Positions 8,677 through 18,415 of a DNA stretch of 36,088 nt are shown here, one piece after another. The notes beneath the pieces were generated by a model. That model saw only the letters and a program-made list of their open reading frames with translations, made no database searches and was not told the DNA's origin. The position numbers were made by a program, and so were the translations under genes. How positions within the stretch are numbered: position 1 is the stretch's first letter; each line of letters opens with the position of its first letter. Origin of the DNA: an uncultured bacterium (lineage in GTDB: Bacteria > Myxococcota_A > UBA796); NCBI GenBank assembly GCA_963932775.1, contig CAWVVG010000003.1:1-36088 (forward strand), written 5' to 3'.

Positions 8677-10008
8677 TCATTCTTCCCCAAATATATAGAC
8701 GGTACGCACGGGAAAGTGGTCAGAGAGCAATCCGGGTGGAATCACGGTCTCTTGTGTGGCTTCGCTCGGTGAAAGATGGGCGCTCGAGTACAGCACGTAG
8801 TCCAGTGCTTGGCGCTTGCTCCCTGGTCTGCGCATCATGAAGCTGTGGCGGGTTTTCCCCACACGCTTTGGCATCGCTGCGTTTAGATTTTTCAGCGCTC
8901 TGGCTAGTATTCCAGGGTCGTTTCCGTCAAAATTGAGATCGCCGGCAATCAGCACAGCTTGGTCGGTGGGAATGCGCTTTGAAGCCACCCACGCTCCCAC
9001 CCGTTTGGTCTGAAGCATCAACTTCGCCGAGGCGCGCTCGGAGGAACGCAAGACAGGGGAGGTGGACTGAAGGTGCGTGGCAAAGATGTGGAATGTACGG
9101 TCGTGCTTTCGAACCGTCACATATTGAATGCCCTTGGCGGCAAAGCAGTCTTCTCCGGAGCACTCCGACTCATCAAAGAGATACTGTTGGGCTTGATACA
9201 GGCCCGCATGATTTGGTTGAAGCCCCTCAAAAGGCCACTTGCTGGCGATAAAGACCCCGCCGTTGAACCAGGCTCCAGGGCCGTCCAAAACGGCCGTTAT
9301 ATACGGGTACTCCACCCGCAATAGGGTCACGATCAGGTCGCGGTACTTGTTCTTGAAAGCCTCGGTAAACACCACCACATCATTGCCCGTGACAGTGGCT
9401 GGTATGCCCTTCCAGCGTTCCGCCTGGCGGGGCTTTCCAAGTAGGTACCAAATGTTGTAGGTCATCACATTCAGGCCATCCTCTGATGAGCTGGGGGCGC
9501 CCTTCGTTACGTCCAAATCCTCTACCAAAAATTCGACCCGCTCCTCACCACCCTGGCAAAAAGGGAACCTTCGTAGAAACGGAGACTCCTGGCTGCTTAC
9601 CACCCAGAAGTGATGCTCACCTGGGGTCCAGTTTACGTGGCTTGAGGCGCTTTCTCCCGCGCCGCTTTCGAGCCGGGTTCCACAGAGTGAAGGCCTCACT
9701 TTCGTGCGAAGTTCGATATGCTCATCACCAGGTTTTGGTTGAATTCGTGCCACAATGGTTGCGCCACCACCACTCAGATGGCTGCGTTTTCGACTGAAAT
9801 TGGCGATGTTTACGACCTCTCCTGGCTGCACACTTTTGGCTCCAGGGGTCCACTGCTTGCCTTCGACCCAGGGCTTGGCGGATCGTGCGGTCGTTTGAAT
9901 AGTCAACACTTCGTCGGTGTGATTTCGGAGCCAGATCTGACTCTCTGCCTGGACTTCGAGCGACCAAATTGCTCCGAGCATTAGCAGTAAAAGTCGGAAG
10001 TTACCCAC
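8677..10008 (-). CDS. Secreted sphingomyelinase C-like phosphodiesterase (EEP/DNase I-like fold) with an N-terminal accessory domain
   Basis: Signal peptide ending VQA. EEP motifs TYNIW, FTEAF, NGGVFIASKWP, AAKG, ATHLQS, AGDLN, LDYV and SDHFPV. Confidence 0.8.
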   Translation of the reverse strand: MGNFRLLLLMLGAIWSLEVQAESQIWLRNHTDEVLTIQTTARSAKPWVEGKQWTPGAKSVQPGEVVNIANFSRKRSHLSGGGATIVARIQPKPGDEHIELRTKVRPSLCGTRLESGAGESASSHVNWTPGEHHFWVVSSQESPFLRRFPFCQGGEERVEFLVEDLDVTKGAPSSSEDGLNVMTYNIWYLLGKPRQAERWKGIPATVTGNDVVVFTEAFKNKYRDLIVTLLRVEYPYITAVLDGPGAWFNGGVFIASKWPFEGLQPNHAGLYQAQQYLFDESECSGEDCFAAKGIQYVTVRKHDRTFHIFATHLQSTSPVLRSSERASAKLMLQTKRVGAWVASKRIPTDQAVLIAGDLNFDGNDPGILARALKNLNAAMPKRVGKTRHSFMMRRPGSKRQALDYVLYSSAHLSPSEATQETVIPPGLLSDHFPVRTVYIFGEE

Positions 10009-10143
10009 CTCAACCTCACGGCATGAGGCTAGTTCCCTCCAATGCTACAGCATGTTCTCGCGAATTTTGTTCCTTTCTGACCCCCAAAGTCGGGTCCCGA
10101 TGACCCATTGGCTGAGTCGGGCTCACCTTTAAGGTAGCCGCGG

Positions 10144-10776
10144 CTACTCAGATGGAGGCGGATCGGTCGGCGCGGGATTGGTCTCGGGGGGCATCAGCGC
10201 ATTTGGGTCGTCTTCCGCAGGAGGAAGCGGCGGCGTGTCGGGCACAACCCCAACCGTCAATTCGATGGAGTCCGGTGGTGCATCGGTGTTGAGCAGGCCG
10301 CCAGTCCAGAGCCCGATGGCTTCACCTGGTGTTGGCTGCCCATTGCCATCGATGTCGTTCACAATCATGAGGACGGCCTTGATGCCCTTGGGTGCCATGA
10401 TGGTGTGCTTGCCGGTGGTGGTGAAGGTCTTCTCGGTAGAAACGACGGGCGGGCTCTTAGTGGCATCTTCGACGCGCACTATGAACGAACCGGTACAGTC
10501 ATCGCACCCGATCACGAGATTCAACTTGGCACCATCCGCAAGGTCTGATTGTTCAAACTGGGGTGTGGGCGCACCCATGGTTGAGCCGTCGTGGGGGGCC
10601 GGTACGGTTGCGGCTTGTGGGGGGCCATCGCTTAGCGGGGGCCCGGCTTCTTCTGCGCCGGGCGTGGGTGCGCCAGGCTTGGCGGCTCCGCCAGGCTCCG
10701 TTCCACCTTCCGTCGCGGAGGGTGGTGGCTCGATACATGCGAACAACGCGCTTAGCGTAAAAATCGAAAACAACAT
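10144..10776 (-). CDS. Pro-rich lipoprotein of unknown function
   Basis: Lipobox LFA-C. Pro/Ala/Gly-rich N- and C-terminal regions around a beta-rich core with a DIDGNG (Dx[DN]xDG-like) motif. GAGGA upstream. Confidence 0.7.
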   Translation of the reverse strand: MLFSIFTLSALFACIEPPPSATEGGTEPGGAAKPGAPTPGAEEAGPPLSDGPPQAATVPAPHDGSTMGAPTPQFEQSDLADGAKLNLVIGCDDCTGSFIVRVEDATKSPPVVSTEKTFTTTGKHTIMAPKGIKAVLMIVNDIDGNGQPTPGEAIGLWTGGLLNTDAPPDSIELTVGVVPDTPPLPPAEDDPNALMPPETNPAPTDPPPSE

Positions 10777-10791
10777 GGGCAGTTCCTCACT

Positions 10792-13700
10792 TTAAGGTTT
10801 CTGTATATCCAACTCACCATCACCTGCACTGCTGATCGAAGCTCGGCTGATGGCTTCGCGGTATGAAACCGCTCGGCTGGAAATGTCATTCCAGCCATTG
10901 CGATCGGCCGCTGTGGCAATGCGCTGAAGCGGCTCAACCAGGTCCACCGAGATGATTCGTCCCAGTCCACGCTCGATGGCCACGGACCACCATGCCCGGC
11001 AGGTATTCTCATCGGCACTCTCGGCTGCCCAGCCCGCTCTAATCACCCCGATCACCAGCCAGGCCCAATGCTTGGGGTGGTTCTGGAGGAGCGCTTCAGC
11101 CTGGTCGAGCTGGATGCGCGCGAAGCTAGGGTCTTCACGGGTCAGGTTGATGAAGGTGAGGTTGAGGTGGGCGATGGCGGCTGGCACAGGCCAGTTGTGC
11201 TCCTCTGAGAACCTCGCCACCCCTTCGTACATCCGCTCGGCATCCTTGATGTCCCCTTTGAGCCGCAAGGTCTCTCCCAAGTTGTTTTCGCTCTCGATCT
11301 GCAATCGGAAGTCTCCCACCGTGACGCTAAGGGCTCGGGTGGTGTAGAAGTGTTTCTCGGCATCCTCGAAGTCCCTCAGTGCGAGACGCACAAGGCCGGC
11401 TACGAACGTTGCCTTTGCAATCCGCCGGGTATCTCCAGTGGCCAGCGCTGCTTCTCGCAAGCGTTGCACCAAGGGGTCGATGCCCGCGAGCCGACCACTG
11501 GCCACCCGAGAATCCACCAGCCCGTGGAGTGCCCGTACCTCGGTGCGCTTGTCCCCCCGATTGAGCCGCAGCATTTTGGTATATCGACGGGCGGCATCCA
11601 CTGGTCGCCCTTCCAAGCGATACACGCGGCCAATGGCCTCTGCGGTATCGATCAGTCCTTCTCGATCCTGGGTCGCCTCAAAAGTTGTTTCGGCACTCTC
11701 TAAGAGCCGCTTGGCCTCCTCCAGTCGTCCCAGGTTCTTTTCGGCATGGGCCATACAGACCCACAGTCGTGCCTGGGTTCTGCGGTCTAAGTGTCCTATT
11801 TTTTGGGCTTCGCGAATGAGCTGAATGGCTTCTTCTATCGCGCCTGAGGAAAGCAAGGTCTGTGCTTGGCAGATTCGGGCCTCGGCCCGGGCGGAGACAC
11901 CTTCCGCCCGATCGGCTGCCTCCACAGCTAGTTTACAGGCATTCAAGGACACGGCGAACCGGCCTTCTTCATGGGTTCGGCGGGCTGCACGGAGCAGTGG
12001 GACCGTCGCTCCACCTGGGTTGCCAGCGTGAAGTCGGTGGATTCCTACCGGAAGGTCTACATTGGCTCCGGTGCGGTCACCAACGCGGGCCCAGGCGTCA
12101 GCAAGACGCTGGTGGAGGCCGCTGACATTGGGTCGCCCGAGGGCGACTTGGAGGGCCGCACTGTGGATGCGTCCATGCTCAAAGACGAGCCTCCAGCCCC
12201 GTTGGCGTATCAAGCCGGTGGCCAACAGCGCGTCTAGACCCTCTGGGTTTACCTCTCGAATCACCATCGACGGTGGGGCTTGGCCGGCCAAGGCTGTTGC
12301 AGCGAGGGCTTCGTATGCAGCATCAGGGCGTTCTGTGGCGGTGACGGCACCTCGGATACGGGCCAAGAACAGGTCATGGAGATCGTTGGGCAGCACATCT
12401 TCGACCATGACCAATGGGTCCAAGGTCAGGTCTGCGTTTGGTGTCTGCACCAGGTGACCCTGGGTGGCCCAGTCACGGGCCATCAACATTGCACGACTGG
12501 GACTCCCGTAGCAGTGCGGGGCGATGGCATTGGCGAGTTCCGGCTGGAGATTTAGCGACTGGCGTAGGAATGTGCGCATCTCTCCGTCGGACATTCCGTG
12601 AAGGTCGACCCGGAGCGCACCCCTGCGTTCCAAAGAGCGGACCCGCTTGGCCAGTTTCGGATCTTCCTGTAGTGCTTCTTCGGACAGGGTGGCGATCAAC
12701 AAGAAGGGTCGTTCGCCAATGCTGCGGTCGATGACAGCGTCACAAATATTCAGCCCATCGCCGGGCTCTTGGGCAAGGTGGGCGTCGTCGAGGATCATCA
12801 GAGCTCCACCTCGCCAAGATCGGGCATCTAGGTGGCGATACAGGAACGCGAGACCCACCGATGCATTGACGGTGGTCTCTCCTTCATCCATGTACCCACA
12901 CCAACGGGCCAATACACTTGCCTCGGTGTCGACGCGCTCGGGGGTGCGCTGTTGGTCCCGACTCAGCCAGCGCTTGAAGCGGGCTTGGAGCGCGGTTCGG
13001 TTGTCATTCCAGGGGGCCAGGATCTCTTGAACTGCACCCCGGTAGCCATCTTCGGGTCCGGGCGGGTTGTGATAGCGGAGAACAGCGATCTCCATGTGCC
13101 CTTGGGCACCGATGGTCTGGGCGACCGACTGGGCGGTACGGGACTTTCCAATGCCGTTTGGACCCACGAGCAGGACCACGCGGGGTTCACGGGTCTGCAC
13201 CACCTCTCGGGCTTGTTGCCACAAGAGCCAGCGTATGTCTTCGTGGGCCTCGATCGGGGGATCACGCATGCCAACCATTGCCAGTCCACCCGCTTCAGCG
13301 CCCGATGCAGCGGGTGGTGGCGGCTCCAAGGGCATCTCATCGGGAGTGACGCGGTTCCATCGCACTCCAGTCTCTGGGATGGGCACGGCGGAGGTAGCGG
13401 TGATCGCTTCGTACCCATCCGCCAACAACACGTCGGAGAGGCTCTGACCGATGTGCCCACCGATGGGTGGGGGTACCGGCATGGTTAGCTGGGTATCGCT
13501 TACCGCATTTCGGATGGCTCGAATCACGTCAGCTGCTTGGTCATACCGTTCCCGAGGGTCCGGTTGAAGCAGGTTTCGAACCACCTCCTCCAGGTTCTTG
13601 GGTACATCCGGGTTGAGGCCGAGCGGTCCACTCGGTAGGGGATCAATGAGGCGCCGAGTACCGGGTTGCTGGCCGCTGCGATCTCCGCCCAGGATCTCGA

Positions 13701-14313
13701 ACAGCATCAGACCGACGGCGTATAGGTCGGTAGATGGGCCCAGCTCCGCGTAGCGGCCGGCGCGTTGTTCGGGTGCCATCCAGATGGGTGTGCCGCCCAT
13801 GCCTTGCTGGTGCAGAGCGAGCTCTGACATGGCGCCAGCGACCCCGAGGTCAGCCACCCACGCATGGGGACCATCACCGGTGGCCGTATGGAGCAACACA
13901 TTGGCCGGCTTGAGGTCTTGGTGCAGGACTCCTCGGGCGTGCATATGGGCCAATGCATCCAGCATCTCGTTGACGATTCGGAGGGCTTCGCCCATGGGCG
14001 GTCGGCGCTTGAGCAGATCGCTAAAGCTGCCCTGGTCGGCATGGGCAAGGGAAACAAAGGGTCGACCATCATCGAGTCGGCCGGTGTCGAGAACGGGGAT
14101 CACGCGGGGGTGGACCACCTCTGCAGAGAGGGCCACTTCTCGTGCGAAGCGAGCGCGAAACCGGGCATGGAGAGCCAGGCTTCGGCGAACTATCTTGAAG
14201 GCGACATCTCGATTGAGCAAGGTGTCCCGGGCCCGAAAAACAGAACAGGTCGCTCCTTCACCGATCTCGTCGATGAGTTCATACCGTGGCGGAAGTTCTG
14301 GAGATTCGGTCAT
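10792..14313 (-). CDS. Ser/Thr protein kinase fused to a P-loop (STAND/AAA16-like) ATPase and TPR repeats
   Basis: Kinase motifs IGEGATCSV, VAFK, RFARE, LHQDLKPANV, DLG, GTPIWMAPEQ, TDLYAVG. Walker A GPNGIGKS, Walker B LMILDDAH. C-terminal MalT-like TPR helices. Start set to ATG 14313, 5 nt after the cyaY stop. Confidence 0.9.
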   Translation of the reverse strand: MTESPELPPRYELIDEIGEGATCSVFRARDTLLNRDVAFKIVRRSLALHARFRARFAREVALSAEVVHPRVIPVLDTGRLDDGRPFVSLAHADQGSFSDLLKRRPPMGEALRIVNEMLDALAHMHARGVLHQDLKPANVLLHTATGDGPHAWVADLGVAGAMSELALHQQGMGGTPIWMAPEQRAGRYAELGPSTDLYAVGLMLFEILGGDRSGQQPGTRRLIDPLPSGPLGLNPDVPKNLEEVVRNLLQPDPRERYDQAADVIRAIRNAVSDTQLTMPVPPPIGGHIGQSLSDVLLADGYEAITATSAVPIPETGVRWNRVTPDEMPLEPPPPAASGAEAGGLAMVGMRDPPIEAHEDIRWLLWQQAREVVQTREPRVVLLVGPNGIGKSRTAQSVAQTIGAQGHMEIAVLRYHNPPGPEDGYRGAVQEILAPWNDNRTALQARFKRWLSRDQQRTPERVDTEASVLARWCGYMDEGETTVNASVGLAFLYRHLDARSWRGGALMILDDAHLAQEPGDGLNICDAVIDRSIGERPFLLIATLSEEALQEDPKLAKRVRSLERRGALRVDLHGMSDGEMRTFLRQSLNLQPELANAIAPHCYGSPSRAMLMARDWATQGHLVQTPNADLTLDPLVMVEDVLPNDLHDLFLARIRGAVTATERPDAAYEALAATALAGQAPPSMVIREVNPEGLDALLATGLIRQRGWRLVFEHGRIHSAALQVALGRPNVSGLHQRLADAWARVGDRTGANVDLPVGIHRLHAGNPGGATVPLLRAARRTHEEGRFAVSLNACKLAVEAADRAEGVSARAEARICQAQTLLSSGAIEEAIQLIREAQKIGHLDRRTQARLWVCMAHAEKNLGRLEEAKRLLESAETTFEATQDREGLIDTAEAIGRVYRLEGRPVDAARRYTKMLRLNRGDKRTEVRALHGLVDSRVASGRLAGIDPLVQRLREAALATGDTRRIAKATFVAGLVRLALRDFEDAEKHFYTTRALSVTVGDFRLQIESENNLGETLRLKGDIKDAERMYEGVARFSEEHNWPVPAAIAHLNLTFINLTREDPSFARIQLDQAEALLQNHPKHWAWLVIGVIRAGWAAESADENTCRAWWSVAIERGLGRIISVDLVEPLQRIATAADRNGWNDISSRAVSYREAISRASISSAGDGELDIQKP

Positions 14314-14318
14314 ACCAC

Positions 14319-14660
14319 TCAGAGCGTCAACTGGATGTTCATCTCTAGTTTGTCCGAAAACAGGCTGGAGAGAACGGTTGTCATGGGCTCTCTGTTGTCT
14401 CTCTCCAGCCATATGCCACCACAGCACACAAAGTGCCAGGCCGTGAAGTTGGCGGAGAGCCAGAATTCACGGGTGGGCGGCTGCTGGGACAGAATGAAGG
14501 TGGAGTCATCCTCGAACACGATTTTGAGGTTTCCATCGGTCATCGATGGGTCGTGGTCATCGGATTCTATCTTATCGAGCTGGTCCAGTAGGTTCGTGAG
14601 TGCGGCCTTGACCGCGTCTCGAAATGGGCCATCTTCCGTGAAGTCGTTGGGGGTGGTCAT
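14319..14660 (-). CDS. cyaY: Frataxin-family iron-sulfur cluster assembly protein CyaY
   Basis: 113 aa. Acidic N-terminal helix, then DGNLKIVF and FILSQQPPTREFWLS...WHF...W, matching the frataxin (N/S)xQxPxxxIWLS signature. Confidence 0.85.
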   Translation of the reverse strand: MTTPNDFTEDGPFRDAVKAALTNLLDQLDKIESDDHDPSMTDGNLKIVFEDDSTFILSQQPPTREFWLSANFTAWHFVCCGGIWLERDNREPMTTVLSSLFSDKLEMNIQLTL

Positions 14661-14661
14661 T

Positions 14662-15969
14662 CTATTTTCCGATCGTGTTGTGAATGGAGGCTTCCAAACG
14701 CGCTAGCATGGGAGTCAGTTCGTCCATTGTCACCGTGCCGATACTGATTCGAAACCAACCAGAGTCTTCATCGAGGTCGAAGGCCTGGAAGGGCACGACG
14801 GCAACGCCGGCATCCTGCAGCAACATGGTTCGAATGGATTCATTGGTTCTGCCTTGAAGGTTCACACGGAAGCTCAAGTAGATGGCACCTTGAGGCTCGA
14901 TGGCGTCCACTGGTAGCCCTCGGGCCTTCATGGACAGGATGCCGGCATACAGGGCATCAAGTCGGGCATTGATCTCTGACTTGATCCAACGGTTGTAGTC
15001 GGCCACGGCCTCGGTATTATTCAGCAACGCCGCAGTCGCGATTTGCTCAGGCCGGCCGGCCCAGGCTCCCATGTGTCCGATCAATGCCTTCATCTTGGAT
15101 TGCAGGTACGGGGGCAATACTGCCCAGCCGACTCGCATACCCGTCGCAGCAAATCCCTTGGAAATTGCATCGATGTGCACCACATACGGCGCGATCTCGG
15201 GCACCAGCTGAACCGGGCTGTGGAAGGGGTATTCGTCCTTGGTGAGCTGCCAATAGACCGCGTCCCACATCAGCATGCAGGGTGGCGCCTCACCGCGGGC
15301 ACGGTTCTCATCGACGATCGCCTGGGCGATGCCCCGGAGAACTTCTGGGTCGATCACGGTGCCAGTGGGGTTGAGTGGACTGTTCATGACAATCAAGCGC
15401 GCACCAGGGAGCGCATCTTTCACCTGTTGAACCGTTGGAAAAAAATTGGTCTCGGGTGTTGTGGGTATGAAGTGGTGGTCGGTCTGAAAGAGGTGGGCGT
15501 AGTAGCCGACATTCCATGCTGGTAGGAAGCTGACCGTCTTGTCTCCAGGGTTGGTGAACAAGCGCCAGGTTGCGTAGAGCACTGGACGGGCTCCAGAGCA
15601 CACGACGACGCCATCGGCACCGTAGTCCAGTCCCAGATCCCGGGTGTACATGTCCGAGATGGCTTGGCGCAGAACTGGAAGGCCGTCGGAGGGTGGGTAA
15701 TTGGTCTCGCCTCTCTCCAGCGCAGCCTGCGTTTCCTTCACCAGTAGACTTGGGACGGGAAAGATGGCTGGGTCGAAGTCGCCGACGGTGAGATTACAGA
15801 CTTGCCGGCCTTCCCCGATCATGCCCCGAACGGCGGTGGCGATGGCGAGGATCTGGGAACCACGCAGTCCATCTACAACCTCTGTCACCGCGCGTGTGGT
15901 GGCCGAAGGCTTGTCGTTGGGCAGGTAGTTTTGGATAGAGGTGGTCATGGCGCTCTCGATTACTGCCAC
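14662..15969 (-). CDS. PLP-dependent aminotransferase class I/II (aspartate aminotransferase-like)
   Basis: Motifs NLTVGDFD, YPPSDGLPVLR, NSPLNPTG, DAVY and SKGFAATGMRVGW (PLP Lys). Confidence 0.92.
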   Translation of the reverse strand: MAVIESAMTTSIQNYLPNDKPSATTRAVTEVVDGLRGSQILAIATAVRGMIGEGRQVCNLTVGDFDPAIFPVPSLLVKETQAALERGETNYPPSDGLPVLRQAISDMYTRDLGLDYGADGVVVCSGARPVLYATWRLFTNPGDKTVSFLPAWNVGYYAHLFQTDHHFIPTTPETNFFPTVQQVKDALPGARLIVMNSPLNPTGTVIDPEVLRGIAQAIVDENRARGEAPPCMLMWDAVYWQLTKDEYPFHSPVQLVPEIAPYVVHIDAISKGFAATGMRVGWAVLPPYLQSKMKALIGHMGAWAGRPEQIATAALLNNTEAVADYNRWIKSEINARLDALYAGILSMKARGLPVDAIEPQGAIYLSFRVNLQGRTNESIRTMLLQDAGVAVVPFQAFDLDEDSGWFRISIGTVTMDELTPMLARLEASIHNTIGK

Positions 15970-16015
15970 GGACTAACCATCTCGACTGCAGGGGGGCAGC
16001 CCAAAACGCAGAGGA

Positions 16016-17521
16016 TCAAGCCCTGGGCCCAAATTCCCAGACGAGGCCAGCACCGAAGATAAGCAGGCTCGATTCATATTTCCCATTTCCAATGACTGTT
16101 CCGTCGAGAAAGTCTCCTGTGAGTGCGTCCACTGAGATTTGTCTGACCTCCGAATTTGTGGCATTCGTTGGATTCAAGAAGGATTGGCTGACCCCAAAGT
16201 CCAAGCTTAAATTTTCCGACGGACGGTAGGACCCACCGACTCCGTACCCAACCTTGTCTCCATCAACGAGGGTGACGCTCTGGGTCGAGGTGGGAACCCC
16301 GCTGGTTTCATAAAAGACGCCGGCACGCATCGTGAATTTTCGGTTCAAGTCTTCTTCGCAGCCCAGTCGAATGGACCAGGAATCTTTGTAATTGGCCGGT
16401 AGGTTCACATCGTCGTCGATGACGATGTCATCCATTTGTGCATCGGGCACAGGGTGTTCACCGTTGAGGTCCACCGCGAGATCGAGGTCGGTGATTGTGA
16501 TGGTCTTGATGCTGCTCCAGTTTTGCCACACTCCGGCGATTTCGATCTCGCTGTCTTCGTTGGGCCTGAAAGCGAACCCGGTCTTCAGGATCAGCGGCAT
16601 GGTGATGTTCAGGGTCACATTCTTGTCGACACTGGATTCGGACAGAATGATGGGGGCGCCTGCGAACCCTTCGGTGGCGAGTATGTGGCTGGAGAAGTCA
16701 GCAGATAGCTCGCCCTTGGCTTCGAATTTGACGGGTGGTTGCACCATTAAACCAAAGGCCCATTGGCCATCTGGGGGCTCGATGGTCAGACCGGCGTTGT
16801 ATGAGAGGCCTTTCCAGTCCGCCGCGGAGAACTTGAAGCCCACGTCATTGCTGGGGTCTTCGTTGGGCGTTGGCTCGTCGATCACGGTGACAATCTGACC
16901 ATCGACGACCTCGGAACGGACCTGACTCTTGTGAAAAGGAACCGAGACCTTGAGTTCTTCTTCTGCCATCATCACACCCCACGCAGCACCCACTCCGACC
17001 GATACCCAGTCGTTGAACTTGTGGGCCACTGTGGGTCCCATAGAGGTCTGGATGATCATCACGTCGATGAGCGAGTAGCGCTGTGCTCCATCGGCATCGT
17101 AGGCCAGATCGGGCGCATAGGGTGGGTAGAACCCAAAGGCGAAAGTGGTGTTCTTGGTGCCGAGCTTGGAGCTCACAGCGAAGTGGGGAATCACAAAGGC
17201 GGAGGCCTGGTCTTCGATTGGAGCGAAGGTGATGTCGGTGGGGGTACCATCGTCGGCTAACGGTCCCGCCCCTGAGGTCTGAGCGCGCGAGAAGGTGACA
17301 AATTGGTCCACGCCAGCGACATTGAGCATGAACTGGGGGCGGTCGAGGCGAGTGAGGGCGGCGGGGTTGTAGTACAAGGCCGTCAGATCATCGGTGCCTG
17401 CGATGAATGCACCGCCCCGCGAGAAGGACCGGATGCCGATGTCTGTGAAGTAGAAGGCGGATGCCTCGGCGTTGCTGGATATCAAGAGGGCGCAGCTAAT
17501 AGAGAACAACGTGCGTTTCAT
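16016..17521 (-). CDS. OmpP1/FadL/TodX family outer-membrane long-chain fatty acid/hydrophobic compound transporter
   Basis: Signal MKRTLF...AEA followed by SAFYF...SRGGAFIAGTDDLTALYYNPAAL (FadL hatch NPA motif). Beta-barrel amphipathic pattern and aromatic C-terminal strand. Confidence 0.88.
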   Translation of the reverse strand: MKRTLFSISCALLISSNAEASAFYFTDIGIRSFSRGGAFIAGTDDLTALYYNPAALTRLDRPQFMLNVAGVDQFVTFSRAQTSGAGPLADDGTPTDITFAPIEDQASAFVIPHFAVSSKLGTKNTTFAFGFYPPYAPDLAYDADGAQRYSLIDVMIIQTSMGPTVAHKFNDWVSVGVGAAWGVMMAEEELKVSVPFHKSQVRSEVVDGQIVTVIDEPTPNEDPSNDVGFKFSAADWKGLSYNAGLTIEPPDGQWAFGLMVQPPVKFEAKGELSADFSSHILATEGFAGAPIILSESSVDKNVTLNITMPLILKTGFAFRPNEDSEIEIAGVWQNWSSIKTITITDLDLAVDLNGEHPVPDAQMDDIVIDDDVNLPANYKDSWSIRLGCEEDLNRKFTMRAGVFYETSGVPTSTQSVTLVDGDKVGYGVGGSYRPSENLSLDFGVSQSFLNPTNATNSEVRQISVDALTGDFLDGTVIGNGKYESSLLIFGAGLVWEFGPRA

Positions 17522-17581
17522 GATTGGACCTCGAGGCAAAGACTGGATGGTGTTTTGACACTGAATCATACGCTGCAAGTC

Positions 17582-18415
17582 TTAGGATCGCCTCAATCGG
17601 TCTGCGACTGCCCGTGCGCTGGGTCGGTCATTGGGCACCTTTTCCAACATATTTGCCACGATCTGGGCCACTGAGTTGGGTAGGTCGGCCACGAGCCCGT
17701 GGAGGAGCATTGGCGTTTCGGTGAGGTGCAGGTTGATCAGCGCCTCTGTGGTGTCGGCTTCGAATGGTCTCTTTCCGCTCAACATGCGGTAGAGCAACAC
17801 ACCGAGGGCATAGACGTCGGCATGACCGTCGATGGGCAGTCCTTGGATTTGTTCCGGAGGCGCGTAGGTGTAGGTTCCAATGAAGTGTCCGGCTCGCGAT
17901 GGCAGGCGCTCCATGACCACGGAGTCGAAGTCTATGATGCACGCGCTGTGGTCTTCGCGAACCATCACATTGGCCGACTTGATGTCTCGGTGAATGACGT
18001 GGTTCTGGTGGAGGTAGTCGAGGGCTTCGGCCACCTGGATGGCGATGGTAATAACGGCGGTGGTCCGTTTTTCTGATCCTGGTACTCCCATGGACTTGGC
18101 GAAGACCTGTGCTGGGCACCCACCCACAAAGTCGAGGAGCATATATGCTCGACCGTCGCTGGTTTCACCGCACCGGTGGGACTTGAGTACGCCCGGGTGA
18201 TCAAAAGTGGAGAGGGCCCGGTGAATGTGCTCGAGTCGGGTTCGGGCGTGGGGCTCAGGTGAGGTGAGCTTCAGGGCGAAGATCTCGCCAGTTTCGGGAT
18301 CTTCGACCTGGTATACGGCACCCATGCCACCCTGGGCAACGTGCCGGATAATGCGGTATCGACCGATTTTAAAATCGCTGTTGGATTCGAATGAGTCGGG
18401 TGGTTGGGTGGTCAC
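17582..18415 (-). CDS. Stand-alone Ser/Thr protein kinase domain (degenerate motifs)
   Basis: Motifs AQGGMGAVY, ALK, HRDIKSANV, DFD, GTYTYAPPEQ and ADVYALG. GTG overlaps the upstream TGA. Confidence 0.88.
   Translation of the reverse strand: MTTQPPDSFESNSDFKIGRYRIIRHVAQGGMGAVYQVEDPETGEIFALKLTSPEPHARTRLEHIHRALSTFDHPGVLKSHRCGETSDGRAYMLLDFVGGCPAQVFAKSMGVPGSEKRTTAVITIAIQVAEALDYLHQNHVIHRDIKSANVMVREDHSACIIDFDSVVMERLPSRAGHFIGTYTYAPPEQIQGLPIDGHADVYALGVLLYRMLSGKRPFEADTTEALINLHLTETPMLLHGLVADLPNSVAQIVANMLEKVPNDRPSARAVADRLRRS

Noticed and set aside
14314-14427. N-terminal extension of the 1211-aa kinase ORF
   Set aside because: It overlaps cyaY in another frame. ATG 14313 directly precedes the kinase domain.
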